This document shows positions 1-12,084 of a DNA stretch of 64,000 nt, in pieces; positions within the stretch are counted from its first letter, which is position 1; every line of letters starts with the position of its first letter. The stretch is from the NCBI RefSeq assembly GCF_003704095.1, contig NW_020844827.1, positions 1-64,000 on the forward strand, read 5' to 3'. Both the position numbers and the translations under genes were made by a program. Origin of the DNA: Pocillopora damicornis (Eukaryota). The notes under the pieces were generated by a model. That model did no database searches. It was not told the DNA's origin and was given only the letters and a program-made list of their open reading frames with translations.

Positions 1-1106
1 CTGTGTAACCACCATCAACTACGGGGACACGTGGGAAATAACATGATTACAAATCGTTTCCCCGAAATTATAACACGTCAGAATAATCACTTCTCTGTTT
101 TCTATAACTTACTCGGGCACCTATGATTATTACATCCTCGCGTGTCCCTGGCTAAACCCAGTCCCCTGCAGTCTGCTCCTCCATTGGCAGGTGAGGGATT
201 GGTGCATGTACGAACACGTTGCTGAAATCCTTCCGCGCACGGCTTGCTACACCAGGACCAGGGGGACCATGGAGAGTAACCACCATCAATCGGGGTTCCT
301 TATAAAAATTAAACACGGTATCGTGAACTGGAATGTTAATTTTGATCCTCCTGGACTAAGAGTATGTTTTGTTGTTCAAAACCTAAGGTCCGTATTGCAT
401 TTTTAGCTTTAATTAGATCTCTCTCGATTCAAACCAGTCCCCTACTATCGATTGTCCCACAGTTTAACAGACTTGAAAAATTATTCACTAGATACTAGAG
501 ATTTGCCATGTCATAATTTACTAAAACTTTCCTCTATAGATTTTGGAATAATTCGGATTTCTCATCAGATACAAATAATCACTCAATCGTGCTTGAGCCA
601 TAAATTCCACCCCGAGCTCGGTGCTAGTAAAAGGTTTTTTCACACCTTCTAATTTGGTCAGAAACCTCTATTTGGCATACTGATAAAGTAGTTTCTAGTT
701 TGCGCTCGTTTTGTCCTGCTCCTCTGGAAGTTTAAAAACACCGATTTGAAAGTTGAACGTACTTTAGATTTTTAGTCGTTTTGCTTGTCTTTTTTCCCAG
801 GATATCATTTCGGGCCAATTTCATCTTTGCACCTTAAGCTTATGTTAGAGGTAATTAAGTCGTTTTTCATTGCGAGCGGAGCCGGTGGGACTGGACCGAA
901 ACGACGTATGCGGAATTTTGTCTCCTATCATGATCACGCACTGCAATGATTTTATAAGAGGTATTTTAAAACAGATCTGTCCCCAAACAGTTTAGAGTTT
1001 ATTATATATTTCATAGTTTCTTTTGACTAATTTAGTATGTACATGATAGGCTATCTATTTAAGGCAAAAACTTCTCAAAACATCGCAACGTAATGAATTT
1101 AAACGG

Positions 1107-1206
1107 NNNNNNNNNNNNNNNNNNNNNNNNNNNNNNNNNNNNNNNNNNNNNNNNNNNNNNNNNNNNNNNNNNNNNNNNNNNNNNNNNNNNNNNNNNNNNN
1201 NNNNNN
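1107..1206. other. Assembly gap (100 N); other gaps at 39345-39355, 54280-54379, 63845-63944
   Basis: Runs of N in the sequence. Confidence 0.99.
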
Positions 1207-1686
1207 ATGAAAGCATTATGCTGCTTCGTGATTTTTGTTAAGTTAAATGAATTTGTCGCGGTGCCTGCCGGCACGGTAAATTTCGAGGCGTGCGTGGGGA
1301 ATCAATTTCACTTTCGTGATGTCAATTTTTATTTCAGCCAATCGCAGGTTGCAGAGGTTAGTTCCTCAAACATTAATATTACTCCTTATGAACAAAGTTA
1401 AGGGTTTCCTTGTTGGTGCTCTGCAGTTGGAATAGAGAATCGTAGGCATAGTTCTTAGCAGATATATCAGACAACTTGAAGGCAAAAACCTATCACCGCA
1501 AACTAAAATAAATCGCCGATCCTGAAAACAAAACTCGCACAAAATTTAATTATTCGCGGTTTTAAAGGTACAACTGAATTTTGTTCCAACAATTTCTATA
1601 GCTAAGGCTCCCAGTGCTCTGAAAGCTTGTTCCTATTTACTAATACTTTTCCAATCTGAATAGAATTCTTTTTATGTGTCTTCCAG

Positions 1687-1794
1687 CCACGTCCTGTCAA
1701 GATGGTAACACATCCTGCTCTTCCTGGAAAAATATGTGCTCTATAAGCAGTTTCATTCGAGAAACATGCTCCAAGACTTGTGGTTCATGCAAAG
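1687..1794 (+). CDS. ShKT (ShK toxin-like) domain exon near the 3' end of a gene that starts outside the window or in the gap
   Basis: ttccag|...aaag|gtatc, 108-nt phase 1-1 exon. Encodes TSCQDGNTSCSSWKNMCSISSFIRETCSKTCGSCK with six Cys and the terminal CxxTCxxC of ShKT. Terminal exon is ambiguous: acceptor at 2486 gives V-stop, acceptor near 2977 gives GYHSNTN-stop. Confidence 0.8.
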
Positions 1795-1886
1795 GTATCG
1801 TGACTTTCCTAGTTATTCTTTTTGCTTTTAACCCTTTAACTCCCAAGATTTTATTGTCAGTTCTCCCCTCGTGCTGTTACAGTGAA

Positions 1887-2037
1887 GAAATGTAAAATGG
1901 TTTCCGTGTTTACATAGCCTGATGTAAACACGCAGGAGGTTGGGAGAACACGAGATCTCCTCCCAAGTGATCTTCCAAGAGACCTCCCAAGTGTTTACAT
2001 CAGGCAATGTAAACACGAAAACCATTTTACATTTCTT
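1887..2037. repeat. Long palindromic (hairpin) dispersed repeat interrupting a TTAA-MITE fragment that starts near 1831
   Basis: aagaaatgtaaaatggtttccgtgtttacatagcctgatgtaaacac pairs with gtgtttacatcaggcaatgtaaacacgaaaaccattttacatttctt. Confidence 0.75.
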
Positions 2038-4309
2038 TTATAAAATAACTAATGAAAGAGGAACGAAAACCGTGTTTACATACGTTCATGTAAAATGGTT
2101 TTATGGCCGATCAGAGCACGCGTACTATTTGAATTATTTTATAAAATTCCTTGTAAATTAGTTATGAGAATTTAGTGGACAAAGCCATGGCGTTGGCGTG
2201 CCCGCGGTACAGTTGACCACGCATGTTAAAAGTAGCACCTTGTACGGTCGGTCGTACGGTCGTAAGTCCAAATTTTTTCGGCTTGATGGGTTGCTACTAC
2301 CATTTTGTATAATTATGGGGCTACGCTCTGCGAGCTCCGCTATCATTGCTACTGATCGGGAGCAATGGAACTCAGGTGAAATATGCATAGGGCTCTCTAA
2401 CTTAACCAATGAAATCAATGAACTGTTATTTTGCTATAATGATTTCTTTTTATGTATAACGACCTACTATTTGTGTTTTATTTCAGTTTGAAAGAATTCG
2501 GAAATTTTCTGCAAAGCCACCTTATTGACTACTCTGACGCTGAAATTACATTAAGAAAGATAACTGGCCCTCTATCACGAGCGCCCTCAAGAAATTGAAA
2601 AGATCTTTTATTTTAAATCAAGAATATCCTTATTTCACTTTGTCCACAAAGTCTTTTTTCTGAATTTAAGTTTACAAACTTTCATGTTTTTTTGTTAGGT
2701 TTCCTCTTCATTAATTTGTCCCCTGAAATTATTGATTAATAGGATTTAATATATTTACAAAAAGTTGTAAAGTAAAACAAGAAAGAAAATCAAAATAAAA
2801 GGCCCTATGATATAAAATGGTTATCATTCCTTCGTAGAAAAACTATCGTTTATACAAAACCAGAAGTGATTTACGAAGTAAGTCACATTTATTCATTGCT
2901 TGAAAATTTTAATAAAGCGGTTGATTGCTTATTTACAGTGTACCTTGATTATTTTAAAATTTTTTTTTACATTTTAGGTTACCATAGCAACACTAATTAG
3001 TCTCAGAAATGCTTTAAGGTTTAAGTGTTTGAATTCAATTTGTACATCAATATCCATCTTTCTGCCAAGTTAACAAAAGTATCTACATGTTGTCCAAAGC
3101 TACCGAATTTTTAAGGTGGATTTTAAACGCAATGTACAGAGTTTTCACAACTTTGCAGAGAGATATCTTGATATCCTGATGGCAAATCGGTAATCCAACA
3201 AGTGGTTATCTGGTTTTCGCAATCGTTCTTTTAGTTACTGACAGATAAAGGAAAAGTAAGGAAATTTCAAGAAGCTGTGGTGTTGATGAGAACAACATGT
3301 TGAGAACTGATACAAATTTTAAATTGAGGAAACAAAAACTTCGGAAGTGCCACCTTAAATTTTCGGTCTTATCGCACAGCGTTTATCTCTACTCTTGGCT
3401 TCCAATCTATATGCTTTTTGCGTCTCCCTTTTTGAGAAGACTCTGTCGTGGCAGATTTTTTACCTTTTTCACCTCAACATCGTTATACATCTTCTCCATA
3501 CTGTTCTCCAGACATTTTTAAGGTGCTGATAAAGAGTATTTGTTCATTTTAATGATCAAGAGCTTCTTTGGTTGGTGATCATTTCCGTCATTCTCATGAC
3601 CATGCATAACGATGCTAGTCACTCTTAAGGGTTATAGAAAAACGTTTCTAAATGGAGGCAGTTTAAGGTTCGACATACCCATCGAACAATATGGCGTTTA
3701 AATTAAAATTTCTTAACTTAAGACCGTATCTATTTCTTATAAAGAGAAATCTTTCGCAAGATCTCTTGGGGTCACTTGTGAAGAGAAACTTTGAGAGTAT
3801 GATGACTGTTGTTAATCATGTGCCAGTCCTTCAGAAAGCTATGGATATGACTTCACTTGAGAAAAAAGATCAAAAGTATCATAAGTTCACCAAACCAAAA
3901 GCCGGAAAAGTTACATTTATCTTTAATGAACACTTGTGAACTAGGCTATGATTTCATTGAACAATTATCCACTGAAGAGGAGCAAAATATTTTGGATATC
4001 CACCACTTTCGAGTGATTAGCGAGCGAGTTTTAGTCTCTGGCAGCTTCCGAAATAACAATACTCTTAGAAAGTGTCAAACTGTTTGAAGATTGTGTGTTT
4101 ACCAACGCCCTACTCACCTTGCTTCGTCTTCTCGGATAAGACGTTAAGCCGGAGGTCCCGGTTGGGGTAGGAATTTCCCACGCACGAGATTACTGTGTGA
4201 TGGATGTCCTCCCCTGGATTGGGTTGAGTTGGGTGGGTTTGTAACTTGCTATTTATTAAATTAAATTATTTATTAAATTAAAGTAGAAACGAATCATAGG
4301 TGAGGGAAA

Positions 4310-5385
4310 GGAGGCGAAGAAAAAGGATAAAACGAAAAGAGCGACAAAAAGATAAAGAGGAAAGAAGTTGAGGAAAAGAAGGAAAGTAGAGGAGAAAATA
4401 AGGCGCATAGAAATACAGAGTAGCATTAAATTCAATCACTGATTGTCTCACCCCTCCGTCTGGATCCATGGTTGCACCAACAGAGGTTGAAAGAAAATAA
4501 AGCAAAATGAGAAGTAATAAAAATAGTGTATACCCACTTCATAGCTTGCCAATACTTTAAAATAGTCAGCAGTAATCTGATCGAAAACTCTTCTTTCTTA
4601 TTCTATCAAAACTGATGCAGTTTAGCCCGAGTCTTGACTGGCCTCCATCTTTTTATTACTTCGTCCTCAGGACGAAAGCAAAAAACCCTCAGAATGAGGT
4701 TGTTATATGTCTCCTCTATTCACCTATCCCCTCCCCCCTTCATGGCACTTTTCTATGTTCTCTCCCTCCCCTTAGTTTTTCTTATGTGGGAGTCACCGTC
4801 ACTTAGTTCTTTAAGCTCAAACGATGTTACCTTCCACTGAATGCCGAAATATTTTGAACTTGGCAAAGCAGTCACAATGAGGTGGAGATTTGGAACAGTG
4901 ACAACCGTCTTCGTCACCATCCGCTAGCCAACTGATGCGATCGATCTGGTTTTTCTGAAAGTTTTCAAAAGAATTGAAAGTAATATTTAATAAAGACAAT
5001 GTAAAATGAAATGAGAATTCACAGAAAACCTTTTGGCGTGGATTCTTAAAAGCTTATCAGAATTAAGCATCAAATATCTCCCACAAATATTCTGACGTTT
5101 TGATAAAAAATCAAGCCACTTCACAACCAGCTGATAGGGGAGGTAAAGGAGAGGGAGCCTGGTTACAGGTTTTCCCAAACTTCTCCGAAAGAAGGTAGGG
5201 AGAATTGATCAGAAAGTAGTCACGAAGTTAGTTACTCAGAAGCAGCGCACCAGAGCAGCACACCCTTTAACGAGATCTATCTTGATCACAACCTTGGTAT
5301 ATTTAACGTAGGCCTTTCCATCACTCAGACGAGGATTGTCAAAAAATATAGGCTGCTGACGGGAATCTATCGTTAAAAAAAAGCT
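4310..5385 (-). pseudogene. Inverted partial pseudogene of the DUF4773-like gene (copies of exon 5 in part, exon 6 and exon 7, with introns)
   Basis: Exon 5 copy (5366 to ~5248, DSRQQPIFFDNPRLSDGKAYVKYTK..CAAL) has two Cys lost and is cut by a deletion. Exon 6 copy (4954-4831) reads KNQIDRISW..GCHCSKSPPHCDC. Exon 7 copy (4486-4452, SVGATMDPDGG) has its acceptor AG mutated to AA. Introns align to ~9760-10700. Confidence 0.85.
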
Positions 5386-5699
5386 GCCTGCATCTGATCT
5401 GCGTTACTCGTAGTGTCACGCAATGCAAGCGTTACGGCAGTGTGACGGACAAATCAGGAGAGGAATTAGGAAAAGTAAAGAGTAGGCTTTCTGATTTCTT
5501 ATGTAAAGCTTCTCTCAGTAGACGCTAAGGGTGCAATAGTGGCGTGACGGCTAAATTGAAAACAAAATATGTTAAAAAACAAAGAAAAAACTTAAGATAA
5601 GGATGACGAAATGAAATGGATCGAAAAGAATTGGGAAATTGCGGCAAAACCAATAAAACAGTTCCAGTAAATTATCAAGAAAATTAAAATACGAAAAAG

Positions 5700-7260
5700 A
5701 AAACATGCCCACGGAACAATTATCATGTGCCTGAAATGAGGCTGCTTCTTCCCCCAAAATTTAGTTTAGTTCCGGTTCTGTTCCAAGTCGCCGGATGAGG
5801 TAATTGACCCAAAGCAGAATATATCGCGGTAACAATGGTCATGTGCTTCAAATGTGATTGCTCTTCGGTAACCTGGCCAATTAAGGCCAAGCATTATAGA
5901 TTACCTTGTGATGTTTCGTGACAACCTTAATCTCAAAGAAAATATCTGAATAGCACGGCCGTAAAACTTTGTAGTCTTTTTGCATGTCTTTTTTAACTGT
6001 AAAATTAATCTTCGGAGCTTTGTAACTCAAAGGAATTTATGAAAATTTCTATCTTTTCAACCAATCAGGAAAAGTCGTAACCAGATATTACAACTGGAAA
6101 ATGTAAAAATTTTTATCTGCTTGGTTATCTGTACCTTCAAATTGATGAATAATTTACCCAAATCAGAAGATCACGGGAACTATAATCCTGCGCTTGAAAT
6201 GTGATTGCATATAATACCGTGGAATATTTTGCGTGACGTGTTGCCCTTACATAGAAAAATGACGTAATGATGGAATAATAAAACTTAATTTATGGCTTGG
6301 CTTACGAGCAAGTTATCTGTAGTTCGTTTGGTGCAGCATTCGACAGAGAAATCAGAGAGTCTGTGATTGGAGCCTGGAGGAGAATTTTTCCCTCAGGGTT
6401 AGGGTTATTCTCTCTCTTGAACAACGGTTTAGGAATAATTTTGGAATAGAACATTTTATCGCAGTCAGGGGCCTGGATGGTTCTTTTTTAACCGCTGAGA
6501 AGCTCCGAAGCTGAATTTTATCACAAAATGGTAAAAATAAATGCAAAAGATTATAGGGTATTTCGGTGGTGATATCCTCCTTAAGAAGGGAATGATTGTC
6601 ACGAGACATCACAAGACAATTCATAATGCATGCCTCTAATTAACCTGTGTTGAGACCTTCCAAGGTGACGTCACAAGGAACAATAACATTTCTAGCACAT
6701 GATAATTGTTCCCGTTCTTCCGTTTTGGGTCAGTTATTCTAGGAACTTAGAACATGGCCAAATTTAACGGATGAAACAATCACCTTTCAAGAACATGATA
6801 ATTATTTTTGTTTTCCCTGGGACATACCTCAGAGAAGAGGGAATCACATTTCACGTTCCAATCAGATATCACGTCCCTATTTACAAAAAGAACAGACTCA
6901 AGAACAGTTTTTTTTACTGCAATTGCATATAGACGATTTTTTTTGTTAATTTTATTGGGTAATTTTATGAATACTTGAAAAAAATTATTTTACTTAGCTC
7001 CAGAGATATAATTCTGAAACTTCAACAAAGCTATTTAAGAAATATTTGGAAAACTTTCAAGCACATGATAATTGTTCCCGTGATCTTATGTTTTGGGTCA
7101 ATTATTTCATTTACCAACTTGGAACATAGCTAAGTTTTAGGGGGGGAGAAACCATCACATTCTAGGCACATGATCATTATTACCGTAATTTTTTTTTTGG
7201 GTCAATTATTTCATTTACCAACTTGGGGCAACCATAGTTCAGTCACATGATAATTGTTCA
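5700..7260. repeat. Degenerate ~100-115 bp repeat array in two opposed arms, upstream of the DUF4773-like gene
   Basis: Core gcacatgataattgttccc on + at ~6695, 6791, 7061, 7166, 7243 and on - at ~5717, 5833, 6180. Flanks (ttttgggtcaattat, aacttggaaca) are also shared. Confidence 0.75.
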
Positions 7261-7329
7261 GATTTAAATAACGTTCCATAATTCTTTTTTTCATTCAGTC
7301 AGTTCGTCACAACAAGAAATCACAACACA

Positions 7330-10300
7330 ATGGGTCGCTTACTGGAGGTTATCGCATTCTTGGTGTTTTGCAACCTGGTCTACACAATGCCTGTATGGGA
7401 CAACGGTATGACACTATTTTCGTTTGATAAATCGAATCGCTTGCTTGTAATACGTCTCAAATGTTACCATATTTTTTATTCTTTCTAAACATCGGACACT
7501 TGCAACATTTTAAATCATAGTGATATGCACAATGCTTAATGTGTAGAGTGTAGTCATTGTTTTGATTTATAAGACGTCGAGATATCTTCCGGGTTGAGTC
7601 GTATTCTCTCGCGCTCCGTAGGATGAAGAAAAATACGAACAACAAGCATCTCGTATTGTATGCTAAATAATCGAATGTAGAATTTTTTTATTTTATAAGC
7701 CTTGTAATTTAGTTTCTTTTTCTGATTCTTTGGCTTCAATTTTTCGAAATACATCCTACGAAATAATATAAACTTTGTGACGATCGCATATCGAGTTCAA
7801 TAGTCCTTTCTGCCGAAAATATTTTTCATTTAAAAATTCGTCCCTTACGAAGATCATTCTACAGGACTTGGACAAATCAATGTTTGGATCGTTCAGCGTG
7901 GCCATTCTGTTGTTCGGCTTTTCGTCGGTATTTTTGCCCGATCTACGGTGTACTACCGTTGCATATTTTGGGTGTTGCTGCCCCCACATAGTAAAATGGC
8001 TTAGTAATGGGATAATAAAACATAATTTATGGTTTAGCCTGGATCCTCAAGGAGGACTGGAATTTTAACCTTAATTAGTCCTTCGCTAGGGAAATGGTTT
8101 CGGAATCATTTCACCACTCCCCCTTCTATTGGAAGGCCTGATACTCAGGTCAGCCTCTTCTCAATAGAAGGCACCAAAATATTTTCATATAAGTTCTTGG
8201 TAACGATTTCTCCGCTTAGAGAGTGCTTAACAGATTTGAAGCCCTTTAATCTAACATAGAAAATCTTTTCGCAGAAGAGGAAGCGGATTTCAGTCCGTCT
8301 TCAGTAGAGATTATCCGCCGCCGCTGCAGCTGTTCTGATCATCATCAAAAGTGTGGCTGCTGCCTTCAAATCAGGGCACCTGCATTCCAAAATTATGAAG
8401 AAGCAGATGGTAAGTATCAGAAAAATGATTATTTCGTATACCACGGACTCCTTAAGAACTCTAAGCTCGGACGAACCTGGAAACTAACGATAGGCGTAAG
8501 GTGACGTCAAGCAAGGAGCCAGATCACAATGGTCGTACCTTTCAAGGGAGGGGAGGGCTTTATGAAATATTCTACCAAATACCGCACGTATCATGTGTAA
8601 ATCTAGTTATCAAAGAGTGGGTGTCAGTCTCGAATATTCGAGGAAGAGAAACTGGTAAAGCAAATGACTATTTCATTTTCTCTTCAACGAATATGGCTAT
8701 TACCACATGTTGAGCTTTCTTTGGTATTCAAAGTGAGATATAGATTCCATGTTGACGCGCGTCTGTTCAGTTGTAGATCACAGATGACGTTGGAATATGG
8801 TAAGCATAAAAAATTGGCGCATGAGGTGCAGCCAAGTGTGTTACTGTTGTTCTTACCCCATTTTTATGTCATCTGTGATCTCTTACTGAACAGACCCACA
8901 GCATCAAAGAATCAATTTGTTTTATAATCAAAAGCAAAATGTTGTTAATGGTGAGGTCATTTATGCGTCTTTCCTCTGATAGATCATAAGTAAGAACCAA
9001 TCAAATTTCTTGAATCATTCAACTTATCGTATGATTTTTTTATTTGACTTTTTACAGTGTGTATGAACTCGTCTTTTACCACGTCGCCATTGGTGAGCTT
9101 CGCTACAATTTTTTCCTAATTTTGATGATTTTCTGATGACGTGATTTTTGTCAAATTTTTTTGATGATTTTAAGTTCAAAGCTAAAAGAAGGAACTAAAT
9201 ATTTGATGATGGAGGATTTTAAACTTACCACAATGCATTGCGTTACAGGCGGTGGACTTTCTCATGACGTGGAACAAACGTGAGGTTTTAAACCGCACCA
9301 TATCAGGTAGGAACATTTACCTTGGTTTCCTGGTGACTTTGTTTTGAGTCCTCAGGCAGCATTTCGTGAGGCGATCCGTAAGCAGGTTTTTTTTTTTAGT
9401 TTGCTTCTGTTTTTGATCGCAAAACATCTTAGTTTAATTTTTTCAACGACAGATTCCCGTCCACAGCCTCTATGTTTTGACATTCCTCTTCCGAATTATG
9501 GAAAGGCCTGCGTTAAATTTACCAAGAATACAATCGAGAAAGATCACATTAGATGGTGTGCAGCTCTGGAATTTAAATCGAAGCACAACGGAAGAGATAT
9601 TCCTCTTGGCTGTTTCTTCTTCAGGGGTGAGGACGGGCATGGAGTGGAAATGGGAACCTTTCTGGATCCTGTGTCGTTTATTTCCTTACTGGAAGATGTC
9701 TTTCAAGCATCAAAGGTTGTTATTACCTCACATGTGATTCGTTTGACTTACCATTAAGCTTCTTAGTAACTCACCTCGTGAATACTTTCTGGTCAATCAT
9801 TCTTTCACTGTACCTTCTTTCGAAAAGTTTTGGTAAGTAAACTCAAGCCCTGGCTCTCTCTTCTTTACCTTCAACGACAAAGGAGGCAAAGAGGAAAGAG
9901 ACTGGGAAGGAGGATAGATGCGAAGTGACTTAATTTTTTCCAAAACGTCAATATATTTGTGGGGGATATTTGTGACTTAATTCTAATGAGCTTTAAGGAA
10001 ATCCATGACGAAAAATTTTCTGTGATGTTCCACTTCAGTTTTTCATCTTAAACAATATTTTCAATTCTTTTGCAAACTATCAGAAAAACCAGATCGATAG
10101 CACCAGTTCGCTGACTGGTCCAGCATTGGAAACATGGAATGGTGACAAGAACGGATGTCAGTGCTCAAAGTTTCCGCCTGAATGTGAATGCTCCCTCAGA
10201 ATCCAAATATTTGGAATAAAATTGGAAGGTAATATCGTTTGATCTCACAGAACCTAGTAACATCAACAAGGAAACTAAGGGAGTAGGAGAAGAGAGAAAA

Positions 10301-11745
10301 TGAACAACGGGGGTGGGGTGGACGGGTAGCGTGATAGAGGAGCCATATAACATCCTCACTCTGAGGGTTTTTTCTTTCGTCCTGGGAACTAGTTTATACA
10401 GAGATAGAGGCCAGTCAATACCTGAGCTGAACTGCACCATTTTTAGAGAAAAAATATGAAGAGTTTTCCATCTGATTGCCGCTGATTATTTTAAAGTATA
10501 CTCAAACTATGAAGTGCGCACACGCCGTAGCTACAGCTCTTTATTTTGCTTTATTTTCTTTCAGCCTCTGTTAGTGCAAGCATGGATCCAGACGGAGGGG
10601 TGAGACAATCAGTGACTGAATTTAGTGCTAGTCTGCATTTCTATGCGCCTTCTTTTCTCCTCTACTTTTCCTCTTTTCTTCAACTTCTTTCCTCATTCCT
10701 TCCATTCTTTTCCACTGCTATCTCTCTTTGTCGAAATTCAACCATTTAACGAGAGACCTCCGTTCAAGGAGCCCCCTTCGGGACTAGGAAAGTTGTCCCC
10801 TGGCCAGAGGTGTCCTTTTCGACAAGGTACCGGATACCAAGGTTATACGGTGGAACCTCCCTTCCGGGAACACCCGTATGACTACGAAAAGTGTCCCTTG
10901 ACTATAAGTGTCCCTTGAATTAAAGTCATGGACTTTTTTAAATTCCTTCTTTTTTTTTTCTTACTTGTTCATCAGACCATGATTTTATTCCCCAAACTAG
11001 AAGTGTTCTCTATGTAGACTTTTCCTTAAGGAACAGATTCCACTGTAGTTAATAACTCAGGCTTTTTAATACTTGTTTTGTCATCTGCTAGGGATTTGAT
11101 CTTAAAATGGTTGTCAATGGTCATATTATTTTCGACCAAAAGATATCTGGTGAGTAAAAGTTAGCAAAATATCTCGAAAATACTTTTGTATTATTGCTTG
11201 GCTTATGCCTTGAAAGACCCTTAAAAATTTCATTCTAAATGTTTAGTTATTAGTAGACTTGAATGACTTTGATTTAAAAACAGTGGTCTTGCGATGATCA
11301 GCGAGTTACTCTGCTGTGAAAATTCGCTCTAACTCAGTCAACTTATCTGGATCTGTTTCTTGCTTTCTGGTAACGGACACGTCGCCCCATAGTAAGTTCG
11401 CCTCTTTCAAGTTCGCCCCAGCCAGGAAATCTAATACAGAAGTTTGGCTCGTTCCAATTTTGAAATCACACAAATGATTTTAAACCAAATTGTACTCCGC
11501 TCAGTTCAATTATCATTGTAATTGGTTTTGACATTTTATTTTTAGTTAAAAACCCACCACCAATTTGCCACGACGTAACTGTTTTCGATGTTACATTGAA
11601 TGCGTGCATTAAGCTCACTGATGTCTCGCTGAAACCCAGTCACATGGGCGCATGCTTGGAAGTGGACGTAGACTCGTATACCTTTCACCTGGGATGTTTT
11701 TACATGGCGACCTACAGGGATCTGAGAATCATTCTGGTAGAATAG
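7330..11745 (+). CDS. Secreted Cys-rich protein with two tandem DUF4773-like domains, 9 exons, 334 aa
   Basis: Exons 7330-7405, 8275-8409, 9058-9092, 9249-9306, 9453-9715, 10084-10228, 10565-10599, 11092-11149, 11546-11745; all GT-AG, phases consistent, 1005 nt. Signal peptide MGRLLEVIAFLVFCNLVYT. Domain 1: CSC..CGCC..CMN..PQPLC..AC..CAALE..IPLGCF. Domain 2: CQC..CEC..NPPPIC..AC..ACLEV..HLGCF. Family name is from recalled motif, not an HMM search. Confidence 0.85.
10848..11045. mobile_element. Tc1/mariner-type MITE in intron 7
   Basis: TA|cggtggaacct ... agattccactg|TA: imperfect TIR with TA target duplication, plus internal gtgtccct repeats. Confidence 0.6.
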
Positions 11746-12053
11746 AATTATTGTGCGCCATACGCCTGACGGGTTAGATAAGGCAGTTGCTGGAAGCACT
11801 TAGCCACTATATTCTCTTAGATAATGTGAACAAGTTGAGTATTGTTATTCCAGCTAGGAGTGACGACTTAAACAATGAAAATAAAATGCAATTTTGGTTT
11901 AAGTCAATGCAGGGCCTAATAAATTATGAAAAACTTGAAATTTAATCTGTAAGATAAAAGTTTGGCATCGAGAATGTATTCTTGACAGTGTAGGTTACTG
12001 TGAACGTAGAAAGACAATAAAAGCTACGTTCAGTTGGTATCCATTCCACCTGC

Positions 12054-12084
<31 letters not shown>

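Noticed and set aside
1059-1401. ORFs spanning N runs (also 54223-54423)
   Set aside because: Artefacts of translating assembly gaps.
3080-3240. Minus-strand LPICHQDI resembling exon 9 (PPICHDV) of the DUF4773-like gene
   Set aside because: The similarity is limited to a few residues and the downstream Cys pattern is absent.
5700-7260. Repeat-spacer pattern resembling a CRISPR array
   Set aside because: Units are degenerate, the intervening sequences are homologous to each other, the context is eukaryotic, and there are no cas genes.
9058-11149. Apparent scrambled exon order in the DUF4773-like gene
   Set aside because: The expected 58-nt exon is present at 9249-9306; the exon at 11092 belongs to the second domain.
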